From assembly GCA_964455705.1 (NCBI GenBank), contig CAYVYM010000006.1, forward strand, positions 25,805-89,804: a stretch of 64,000 nt of DNA, read 5' to 3'. The translations under genes were made by a program, and so were the position numbers. The notes beneath the pieces were generated by a model. That model searched no databases. It was not told the origin of the DNA and saw nothing but the letters and a program-made list of their open reading frames with translations. The stretch's first letter is position 1. Each line of letters begins with the position of its first letter. Source of the DNA: an uncultured Rikenella sp. (GTDB taxonomy: Bacteria > Bacteroidota > Bacteroidia > Bacteroidales > VadinHA17). This document shows positions 9,512 to 17,970 of the stretch, piece by piece.

Positions 9512-10851
9512 CAGAAAAGCGAACACCCGAGATCAGCGCCGGTATTCTGTCCGGGAGCGGACTGACATTCACCCTGAACGGAGAGTATACTGCAGGAGAG
9601 GCAGGCAGGATGCTGTCAGGCAGGTTTACAGCCCTGATCCGGGAGGGGAAGCTTATTCTTAAAAGTGAAAAAGAAACGGTTGAGGCAGGTTCTGAAGTCA
9701 ATCTCACACCAAAAGATTATGGCAAATGCAGCTTTACCCTCCATGCCGTTACAATAGGCGTCGACTTTCACTGGCAGAGGAACGAGGATCAGACCTTCAG
9801 GGGCACCCTCAGGTTCATTACAAGGGGAGGGCAGGTGACAGCCGTTAATCTCCTTCCTGTTGAGGATTATCTTATCAGCGTAATTTCATCGGAGATGAGT
9901 GCCACATCGTCCGGAGGGCTTCTCAGGGCACATGCTGTCATATCGAGGAGCTGGCTGCTGGCACAGATAGACAAGACCCTGCATCTCAGTACCACGGCTG
10001 AGAAATACCGCACCAGCTTCGTCACAGACGCTGAGATCACAAGGTGGTATGACCGTGAGGATCACAAGGAGTTCGACGTTTGCGCCGATGATCACTGCCA
10101 GCGATACCAGGGCATTACCAGGGCCTCCACAAAGGAGGTCGAACAGGCGGTAAGGGATACCATCGGTGAGGTGCTGATGTCAGGAGATGCTATTTGTGAC
10201 GCCCGGTATTCAAAGTGCTGCGGGGGCATAACAGAGCAGTTCGAGAATGTATGGGAGCCGGTCAGCCACCCCTACCTGCAGAAACTCAATGACGGCCGAC
10301 AATCGCCGGAAGGCTTTGCCACTGACCTGACCATAGAGGAAAATGCGGTCCGGTGGATCATGGGAAACCCGGATGCTTTCTGCAATACAGCAGACGGCAG
10401 TATACTCTCGCAAGTACTCAACAACTATGATCAGGAAACCAATGACTTCTTCCGCTGGAGGGTTGAATATTCCCAGGGTGAACTGAGTGCCCTGGTAAGG
10501 GAGAGGACAGGCATTGACTTCGGGCTCATAACAGCCCTGGAGCCGTTGTCGAGAGGCACATCCGGGAGGATTATAAGGCTGAGAATAACCGGTGAGAACA
10601 AGACAATGATAATCGGCAAGGAGCTTGAGATCAGGAAAGCGCTCTCGAAATCGCACCTGTACAGCTCTGCCTTCGTTGTGGAGACTGTGGCCGGTGAAGG
10701 TGAGATGACTTTTATCCTTCACGGTGCAGGCTGGGGTCATGGTGTGGGGCTTTGCCAGATAGGTGCTGCAGTGATGGGCGCATCCGGATTTGGCTACAGG
10801 GAAATTTTGGGTCACTATTTCGTGAACGCGGTAATAACTAAAATGTACTGA
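9508..10851 (+). CDS. SpoIID/LytB-domain protein (lytic transglycosylase-like) with no detectable signal peptide
   Basis: The blocks DDHCQRYQG and GAGWGHGVGLCQIGAAVMG are typical of the SpoIID/LytB domain. The N-terminus MTEKRTPEISAGILSGSGLTF has no hydrophobic h-region. Confidence 0.75.
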   Translation: MTEKRTPEISAGILSGSGLTFTLNGEYTAGEAGRMLSGRFTALIREGKLILKSEKETVEAGSEVNLTPKDYGKCSFTLHAVTIGVDFHWQRNEDQTFRGTLRFITRGGQVTAVNLLPVEDYLISVISSEMSATSSGGLLRAHAVISRSWLLAQIDKTLHLSTTAEKYRTSFVTDAEITRWYDREDHKEFDVCADDHCQRYQGITRASTKEVEQAVRDTIGEVLMSGDAICDARYSKCCGGITEQFENVWEPVSHPYLQKLNDGRQSPEGFATDLTIEENAVRWIMGNPDAFCNTADGSILSQVLNNYDQETNDFFRWRVEYSQGELSALVRERTGIDFGLITALEPLSRGTSGRIIRLRITGENKTMIIGKELEIRKALSKSHLYSSAFVVETVAGEGEMTFILHGAGWGHGVGLCQIGAAVMGASGFGYREILGHYFVNAVITKMY

Positions 10852-10852
10852 G

Positions 10853-13324
10853 ATGAAAAAAGCAGCACTCTCAATTTTACTGCTCTGCCTGATTGTTATT
10901 TGCGCCCGGGCGGATTCATGGATCAGGATCAACCAGCTCGGATATATGCCGGGGTCAGTTAAGGTTGCGGTGTACATCTCCCGGGAAGTCGGAACGCCAT
11001 CTTCATTCACTGTTTGCGACGCTGTAACCGGTACGCAGGTCTTCAGGGGCAGAGCGTCGGCCTATGACGGAGCCGTATGGGGCATGGCCGCTGCAGCAAG
11101 ACTTGACTTCTCCGGTCTGACTGAACCGGGAGGATACTATATATTATATGGCCGCACGCGGTCAGAGACATTCCGCATCGGGGCAGGCGTCTATGACGGT
11201 ACAGCTGACTTTATTCTAAACTATATAAGGCAGCAGCGCTGCGGTTACAATCCCTTCCTTACCGATTCATGCCATGCGCATGACGGGATGATCGTAGATC
11301 ACCCGACCCTCTCAGGGACAGTCATCGATGTATGGGGAGGTTACCATGATGCCAGTGATCACCTCAGATACACTGCAACCACAGCCACCTCGGTCTACCA
11401 GATGATGTTCGCATGGCAGAGGGCTCCGGAGATCTACGGCGACACGCATGATGCCGCAGGGCTCCCCGGCAGCAACGGCATACCGGACATCCTTGATGAG
11501 GTCAGATGGGGCCTGGAGTGGCTCCTGAAAATGAATCCCGACAGCGGGGTGATGTACAACCAGGTGGCTGACGACCGTGACCATCAGGGCTTCCGGCTTC
11601 CGAACCTTGATAAGGCTGAGTACGGTCTCGGGCCCTACAGGCCGGTTTACTTCGTGACAGGCAAACCCCAGGGGCTGGCCAGGTTTAAGAACCGTACGGA
11701 GGGTGTAGCCTCTACGGCAGGCAAGTTTTCATCTGTCTTTGCCATGGGTGCGAAGATTTTTGCCGTGAATGACCCGGTGTTCGCGGAGACAATGGCTTCG
11801 AAGGCCGTTGATGCCTTTGAGTTTGCTCATACTGACCCCGGAGCCACCCAGACTGCATGCAACGTTTCGCCATATTTTTATGAGGAGGACAACTATGTTG
11901 ATGACATGCAGCTTGCAGCATGGGAGCTTTTCTCTCTGACCGGGGAGAACTACTACCTGACTCAGGCCGATTACTGGGGCACACTGGAGCCCTACACACC
12001 GTGGATAGAGAAAGACACTGCCCGCCATTACCAGTACTACCCCTTTGTGAACCTCGGCCATGCTAACCTTGGAGAATCCGGTACGGAATATTCACAGAAG
12101 TACCTTGACTTCATGCGCAAGGGGCTGGAGCTGATTTACATGCGTGACCAGAATGACGTATTCCAGGTAAAGATACCTTTTGTCTGGTGTTCAAATAATT
12201 ACATTGCTGCTGCGCTCACGCAGTGCAGGCTCTACCGTGATGCCACCGGCGACACCAGGTATGATCATATGGAAGCTGCAATGAGAGACTGGCTCTTCGG
12301 ATGCAACCCATGGGGCACCTCCATGATATGCGGCCTGCCTCAGGGCGGCGACTATCCCCTTTATCCTCATTCGGCCGTGACCCGCTTTCTGGGCCAGACC
12401 ACCACGGGCGGACTGGTTGACGGACCGATATACAAGGGTATCTACGAGACCCGCAGGGGACTGACGCTTCTTAACCCTGATCCCTATGCTGCATTCCAGG
12501 GCGGGAGAATCGTCTATCATGATGATATAGGCGATTACAGCACCAACGAGCCGACCCTTGACGGCACCGCCGGCCTCAGCTATTACCTCTCAACGCTTGA
12601 GAAAGAGGGGAGAGCTCAGAAAGAGCAGTCGGCGGGTAATGTTATTGATGTTCACGGTGCCCTGATCAGGAAGGGATCGGACGAGAAGACCATTTACCTG
12701 CTCTTCTCTGCAGATGAGTTTGGCGAAGGATTTGACCATATCCTGGATGTACTGGATGACAGAGACATAAAAGGTTCTTTTTTCCTGACCGGCAATTTTC
12801 TCAGGAACAGGAATTTTGCCCCGGTCACTAAAAGAATCATTGCGGATGGGCATTACACCGGACCCCATTCAGATGCTCATCTTCTGTACATACCCTGGGA
12901 GAACAGGGACACCCTTCTTATTACAAAGGAGCAGTTCAATAACGATCTGCGAAAAAATATTGTTGCACTGGGAAAAGCGGGTCTGAAGAAGCAGACGCCG
13001 CAGTACTTCCTGGCACCGTATGAATGGTACAACAGAGCCATAAGCCGCTGGACGGAAGAGATGGGGATGACCCTGATCAACTTCACCCCGGGCACCGGCA
13101 CCGGTGCTGACTATACCACGCCTGATATGGCCCGTTACAGGAGTTCTGATTACCTGATTGAACAGCTGGCCTCATTTGAAAAGAATACCTCCGGCGGGCT
13201 GAACGGTGCCCTGGTGCTCATTCATCCGGGAACCGCTGAGACACGGACTGACAAATTATATCTCAGGCTCGGAGAGCTGATTGATTATTACACAGACAAG
13301 GGATACATCTTTAAAAAGCTATAA
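10853..13324 (+). CDS. Exported bifunctional GH9 glycoside hydrolase / CE4-like polysaccharide deacetylase fusion
   Basis: Signal peptide MKKAALSILLLCLIVICARA. The N-terminal Ig-like CelD_N segment is SWIRINQLGYMPGSVKVAVY. GH9 blocks are GGYHDASDHLRY and YHDDIGDYSTNEPTLDGTA. The C-terminal 220 aa or so are NodB-like, with IYLLFSADEFGEGF and GPHSDAH (HxxxH). Confidence 0.75.
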   Translation: MKKAALSILLLCLIVICARADSWIRINQLGYMPGSVKVAVYISREVGTPSSFTVCDAVTGTQVFRGRASAYDGAVWGMAAAARLDFSGLTEPGGYYILYGRTRSETFRIGAGVYDGTADFILNYIRQQRCGYNPFLTDSCHAHDGMIVDHPTLSGTVIDVWGGYHDASDHLRYTATTATSVYQMMFAWQRAPEIYGDTHDAAGLPGSNGIPDILDEVRWGLEWLLKMNPDSGVMYNQVADDRDHQGFRLPNLDKAEYGLGPYRPVYFVTGKPQGLARFKNRTEGVASTAGKFSSVFAMGAKIFAVNDPVFAETMASKAVDAFEFAHTDPGATQTACNVSPYFYEEDNYVDDMQLAAWELFSLTGENYYLTQADYWGTLEPYTPWIEKDTARHYQYYPFVNLGHANLGESGTEYSQKYLDFMRKGLELIYMRDQNDVFQVKIPFVWCSNNYIAAALTQCRLYRDATGDTRYDHMEAAMRDWLFGCNPWGTSMICGLPQGGDYPLYPHSAVTRFLGQTTTGGLVDGPIYKGIYETRRGLTLLNPDPYAAFQGGRIVYHDDIGDYSTNEPTLDGTAGLSYYLSTLEKEGRAQKEQSAGNVIDVHGALIRKGSDEKTIYLLFSADEFGEGFDHILDVLDDRDIKGSFFLTGNFLRNRNFAPVTKRIIADGHYTGPHSDAHLLYIPWENRDTLLITKEQFNNDLRKNIVALGKAGLKKQTPQYFLAPYEWYNRAISRWTEEMGMTLINFTPGTGTGADYTTPDMARYRSSDYLIEQLASFEKNTSGGLNGALVLIHPGTAETRTDKLYLRLGELIDYYTDKGYIFKKL

Positions 13325-13325
13325 A

Positions 13326-14993
13326 ATGGCAGAGAAGAAAACGGACAGGTCTCCATGGGCATGGGTCCCCTCGCTCTACTTCTACCAGGGCATTCCCTAC
13401 AGTATTGTGATGACAACATCGGGTCTTATATACAAGACCATGGGCATCTCCGTTGCCTCGTTCGCATTCTGGACGAGCATACTCTATCTCCCGTGGGCAC
13501 TCAAGCCACTGTGGAGCCCGTATATTGATGTTGTATCGACAAAACGCAACTGGGTTGTCTGGACCCAGCTCCTGCTTGCCGTCACTTTCATCGGAGCCGG
13601 GTTGGCCATGCAACTGCCGATGTTTTATCCCATTACCATAGCAATCTTTGCCATTGTTGCCATCTCTTCGGCCAGTCATGATATTGCTGCCGACGGTTTT
13701 TACATGTATGCGCTCAACCAGCATAAGCAGGCCTATTTTGTAGGCATTCGAAGCACCTTTTACCGGTTTGCCATGCTTACCGCGCTGGGGCTGATTCCCC
13801 TTGTTGCCGGAATAATCCAGAAGAACACCGGGCTTGAGCCAGTCGCCTTCGAAGCGAGGTCGGTCCGCGTCGCAGATTATACTCCCTTTGACCCATCACT
13901 GATTGCCATATCAGAGGAGGAGGGGGAGCCGAGGATTCTTGTATTCCCTGAGGAAATAACAGTTCCCCTGTGGGAATCGGGTGTCTCGGACCTCGATTCG
14001 GCGGTGGTATATATTGCCCTCTCGGCGCCGCCGGAGGAGGGAGAGACCATCGTTGTAAATGTGTCACGCGAGGGTGGAAGCAAGGACATCGATATCCCGA
14101 GAAACCAGACGGGAAGGTTTGAATTTACCAGTGGCAACTGGGACGTACCTGCTGCTGTCTCACTGAAGTCGCACCATAACCTGAGGGAGGTGACCGCCAC
14201 GGAGTTTGGTATTACGGCAGGCAATATCGCATTCAGCTGGACGGTCTCGCTGGGCGTGCTCGGCATACTTCTGCTCCTGCTTGCCCTCTATAACCGTTTC
14301 ATCCTTCCCCGCCCGAAGGAGAATGAGCTGAAGGAGCGTGTCAGCCTGAAGGTCTTTGCGGAGGTCTTTGTCTCATTCTTCTCCAAACCCGGCGTGGTTG
14401 CAGCCCTGGCCTTCTTCCTGCTCTACAGGCTCGGCGAGGCGCAGCTGGTGAAGATAGCCACCCCCTTCCTTGTCGATTCAAGGAGCATGGGCGGCATTGG
14501 CCTTACATCTGCACAGTACGGTATTATTTACGGAACCATCGGGATGATCTGCCTGACCATCGGTGGCATCCTGGGCGGTATCCTTGCAGCGAAATTCGGG
14601 TTGAAAAAGCTTATCTGGTACATGGCCGCGGCGATGAACCTTCCTAACCTGGTGTATGTGTACCTTGCCTATGCCCAGCCTATGCCCGGCGATATGGGTG
14701 TTTACCTCTCGGTAGCAACCGAGCAGTTCGGCTATGGTTTCGGGTTCACGGCCTACTCTCTCTTCATGCTCTATTACGTTGGAGAAAGCAAATACAAGAC
14801 AGCAGAGTTCGCCATCGGGACATCGCTGATGGCACTGGGAATGATGCTTCCGGGAATGGTATCCGGGAAAATATACGAGGCAATCGGATATCAGCACTTT
14901 TTCATATGGGTACTGATCTGCACAATACCCGGGATGCTGTCAATTCTGTTCCTGAGGATTGATCCGACCTTCGGGCTGAAGAAGAATGAATAA
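13326..14993 (+). CDS. ampG: AmpG-family MFS muropeptide permease with an insertion of about 130 aa in the TM5-TM6 loop
   Basis: Start chosen at ATG 13326, 2 nt after the upstream stop, giving MAEKKTDRSPWAWVPSLYFYQGIPY. The AmpG-type block is LPWALKPLWSPYIDV. There are multiple TM segments. A hydrophilic acidic insert spans 13827-14225. Confidence 0.8.
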   Translation: MAEKKTDRSPWAWVPSLYFYQGIPYSIVMTTSGLIYKTMGISVASFAFWTSILYLPWALKPLWSPYIDVVSTKRNWVVWTQLLLAVTFIGAGLAMQLPMFYPITIAIFAIVAISSASHDIAADGFYMYALNQHKQAYFVGIRSTFYRFAMLTALGLIPLVAGIIQKNTGLEPVAFEARSVRVADYTPFDPSLIAISEEEGEPRILVFPEEITVPLWESGVSDLDSAVVYIALSAPPEEGETIVVNVSREGGSKDIDIPRNQTGRFEFTSGNWDVPAAVSLKSHHNLREVTATEFGITAGNIAFSWTVSLGVLGILLLLLALYNRFILPRPKENELKERVSLKVFAEVFVSFFSKPGVVAALAFFLLYRLGEAQLVKIATPFLVDSRSMGGIGLTSAQYGIIYGTIGMICLTIGGILGGILAAKFGLKKLIWYMAAAMNLPNLVYVYLAYAQPMPGDMGVYLSVATEQFGYGFGFTAYSLFMLYYVGESKYKTAEFAIGTSLMALGMMLPGMVSGKIYEAIGYQHFFIWVLICTIPGMLSILFLRIDPTFGLKKNE

Positions 14994-15013
14994 TCGGACT
15001 GCATGGAGCTGAG

Positions 15014-17944
15014 ATGAAGGAGAGCAAAAGGTTTGCAAGACTCGCGGGTGAGATCAGGGGTGATCTCTACACTGATGCAACACAGCGGATACTGTATGCA
15101 ACCGACGCATCGGCCTACCGCGAGATCCCGCTTGCAGTGACGAGGCCTGGCGGGAACGACGACATAAAGAAGATCCTCGCCTTCGCCCGCAGCGAGGGAA
15201 CCTCCGTCATCCCCCGCGGCGCCGGCACTTCATTGGCAGGGCAGGTAGTGGGTCCGGGTATCGTCATTGACATCTCGAAATACCTTAACCGCATACTGGA
15301 ATTCAATGCCGCTGAACGATGGGTGAAAGTTGAGCCTGGTGTGATACTGTCGGAGCTGAACCTCTACCTTGCTCCACACGGACTTCAGTTCGGGCCGGAG
15401 ACATCGACAGCTAACCGGTGCTGCATGGGCGGCATGCTGGGCAATAACTCATGCGGGGCACATTCGCTCATACACGGAAGTGTCAGGGACCATATCCTTG
15501 AGGTTGATGCCATCCTCTCAGACGGGTCTGAGGCTCACTTCGGAGCCCTTACAACGGAAGAGTTCAGGGCAAAGTGCGACGGTGACCCTGCCCTCGTTGA
15601 GACACGGATCTACAGGAACCTTCGTGACACACTCTCTGACAGCCGCAATGCGGAGGAGATAAGGAATGAATTCCCCCACCCGGAGCTGCGGCGACGCAAT
15701 AACGGCTACGCCCTCGACTCCCTGCTGCATACAGACCCCTTCACCGGCAACGGCGAAAAGCTGAATGTTTGTAAGCTTCTTGCAGGGTCGGAGGGGACCC
15801 TGGCCTTCACTACGGCGATGAAACTGAACCTGGTTCAGGTGACGGTACAGAAGACCGGGCTGCTGTGCGCCCATTTCAGCAGCCTACAGGATGCCGTCAG
15901 GGCCAACATCATCGCCCTCAGGCACAATCCTGCAGCTATTGAACTGATTGATGACTATATCCTTAACTGCACAAAAGACAACATAGAGCAGAGTCGTAAC
16001 CGCTTTTTCGTTAAGGGCGATCCGAAGGTCATTCTCATAATTGAGATTACCAGGCCGACCGATGCGGAGATCGAGAAGGCAGCTGCCGCGATGGAGAAGG
16101 ATATGGTCGCTGCCGGATACGGCTTCCACTTCCCTCTTGTGACTGAACCCGATGAGATGGCCAGGGTCTGGGAGCTTCGCAAGGCCGGGCTCGGTGTGTT
16201 GCTCAACATCCCGGGTGCGAAGAAGAGCGTGCAGGTGATTGAGGATACTGCCGTTCTGCCGGAGCTCTTCCCCGAATATATTGAAGAGGCGGGAGAGGTT
16301 CTGAAAAAATACGGGCTGAGCTGTGCCTACTATGCCCACATAGCCACGGGAGAGCTGCACCTCAGTCCACTGCTCGACCTCAAGGATCCTGATGACATTC
16401 GCACCTTCCACGGTTTGGCTGAGGATATCGCCCGCCTTGTAAAAAAGTACCGCGGCTCCCTGAGCGGTGAACATGGCGACGGAAGGCTCAGGGGTGAATT
16501 CATTCCCCTGATGCTGGGTGCACATAACTACGGATTGCTTAAGGAGTTGAAGAGAACATGGGATCCGTACAATCTTTTTAACCCCGGCAAGATAACCGAT
16601 ACGCCTCCCATCATTGAGAACCTGAGGTATCCCGCAGGTGTCAGGACCAGGGTGCCGGGACTTGTTTTTGAGTTCCCGGAGGAGGAGGGGCTTCTCTATG
16701 CCACCGAGAAGTGCAGCGGGTCAGCCGACTGCCGCAAGAGCGCCCTGATGGGCGGTACCATGTGTCCCACATTCATGGCCACGGGTGATGAGGACAAGTC
16801 GACCCGTGCCCGGGCCAACATACTCCGTGAGTTTCTTACAAGGTCGGATAAGAAGAACCGCTTTGACCACGAGGAGATCTACCGCGTGATGGATCTCTGC
16901 ATCTCATGCAAGGCCTGCAAGTCAGAGTGTCCCTCTAACGTTGATGTGGCCAAGTTCAAGGCAGAGTTCATGCAGCACTACTATGACATCCACCATGTGC
17001 CCTTCCGCGCCTGGCTGATAGCATGGCTGCCAAGACTATATGCACCGGGGATGATGGTGCGTCCGCTTACCAATTTCCTGACGGGCACATCACTCTTCAA
17101 GCGGGTGATAGGATTTTCCGTCAGGCGTCCCATACCGTCTCTCTCACCCGTCACCCTCAGGCGATGGAAGAGAAGGCAGGAGAGGAATCCGGGTGCGGTG
17201 AGCGGAAGGATAGGCAGTGTATGCCTCTTTGCCGATGAGTTCACCAACTACAATGAAAGTGATATCGGCATCAAGGCGGTGATGCTGCTTGAGCGGCTTG
17301 GATACGATGTGGTCATCCCCCTCCACAAAGAGAGCGGCCGGACCTTCCTCTCGAAGGGTCTGCTGAGTTCGGCGCGTAAGATTGCGGTAAAGAACATTCT
17401 CATGCTCAGGGACCTGGTCTCGGATGAGAGGCCGCTGATAGGCATCGAGCCGTCGGCGCTGCTCACCTTCCGTGATGAGTATCCGGAGATTGCCGGCAGC
17501 GCCCTTACGGGCGATGCCAGGGCCATCGCCCGCAATGCCCTCCTCTTTGAGGAATTCATCTGCAGAGAGATGGAGAAGGGAAACATCTCTTCCGCACAGT
17601 TTACAGATCAGCCCCTGAAGGTCCTCCTGCACGGTCACTGCCAGCAGAAGGCTATTGCCTCAACAGCACCCACCCTCAGGATGCTCTCCCTGCCGGCCAA
17701 CTACCATGTGGAGGAGATAAATGACGGCTGCTGTGGCATGGCAGGGGCTTTCGGGTATGAAAAGGAGCACTATGACCTGAGTATGAAGATAGGTGAGATG
17801 GTGCTCTTTCCGGCAGTGCGCAAGGCCGCTGAGGATACTGTTATCACCGCCCCCGGAACATCATGCCGGCATCACATAGCTGACGGCACCGGGAGGAAAG
17901 CCATTCACCCCATTGAGGTGATGTACAATGCTCTTAGGAAATAA
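15014..17944 (+). CDS. FAD-linked oxidase fused to Fe-S/CCG domains (YdiJ/GlcD-GlcF-like; candidate D-lactate or D-2-hydroxyacid dehydrogenase)
   Basis: 976 aa. The N-terminal PCMH-type FAD domain contains VIPRGAGTSLAGQVVG. A ferredoxin-type motif CISCKACKSECP lies in the middle. Cys-rich CCG-like repeats (DGCCGMAGAFG) lie at the C-terminus. Confidence 0.75.
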   Translation: MKESKRFARLAGEIRGDLYTDATQRILYATDASAYREIPLAVTRPGGNDDIKKILAFARSEGTSVIPRGAGTSLAGQVVGPGIVIDISKYLNRILEFNAAERWVKVEPGVILSELNLYLAPHGLQFGPETSTANRCCMGGMLGNNSCGAHSLIHGSVRDHILEVDAILSDGSEAHFGALTTEEFRAKCDGDPALVETRIYRNLRDTLSDSRNAEEIRNEFPHPELRRRNNGYALDSLLHTDPFTGNGEKLNVCKLLAGSEGTLAFTTAMKLNLVQVTVQKTGLLCAHFSSLQDAVRANIIALRHNPAAIELIDDYILNCTKDNIEQSRNRFFVKGDPKVILIIEITRPTDAEIEKAAAAMEKDMVAAGYGFHFPLVTEPDEMARVWELRKAGLGVLLNIPGAKKSVQVIEDTAVLPELFPEYIEEAGEVLKKYGLSCAYYAHIATGELHLSPLLDLKDPDDIRTFHGLAEDIARLVKKYRGSLSGEHGDGRLRGEFIPLMLGAHNYGLLKELKRTWDPYNLFNPGKITDTPPIIENLRYPAGVRTRVPGLVFEFPEEEGLLYATEKCSGSADCRKSALMGGTMCPTFMATGDEDKSTRARANILREFLTRSDKKNRFDHEEIYRVMDLCISCKACKSECPSNVDVAKFKAEFMQHYYDIHHVPFRAWLIAWLPRLYAPGMMVRPLTNFLTGTSLFKRVIGFSVRRPIPSLSPVTLRRWKRRQERNPGAVSGRIGSVCLFADEFTNYNESDIGIKAVMLLERLGYDVVIPLHKESGRTFLSKGLLSSARKIAVKNILMLRDLVSDERPLIGIEPSALLTFRDEYPEIAGSALTGDARAIARNALLFEEFICREMEKGNISSAQFTDQPLKVLLHGHCQQKAIASTAPTLRMLSLPANYHVEEINDGCCGMAGAFGYEKEHYDLSMKIGEMVLFPAVRKAAEDTVITAPGTSCRHHIADGTGRKAIHPIEVMYNALRK

Positions 17945-17970
17945 ACGGAGGAGTCAAAAAACAAGGAATT

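Noticed and set aside
10210-11010. A 266-aa minus-strand ORF spans the SpoIID-like / GH9 junction.
   Set aside because: It is antisense to two well-supported genes. It has no motifs and a low-complexity composition.
13281-13325. The ORF track extends several N-termini: AmpG from 13281, namZ from 21596, NlpC/P60 from 21675, the GKRP-like gene from 24182, eda from 58023, uxaC from 59458 and SusD from 63894.
   Set aside because: The track accepts GTG/TTG starts and the longest ORF. Internal ATGs give canonical signal peptides or family N-termini and remove overlaps with upstream genes. The 63894 start is a GTG inside an ORF that continues off the window.
15884-17638. Minus-strand ORFs of 213, 164 and 112 aa lie inside the FAD/Fe-S oxidase gene.
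   Set aside because: They are antisense shadow ORFs in the most GC-rich gene of the window. The sense frame carries the FAD and Fe-S motifs.
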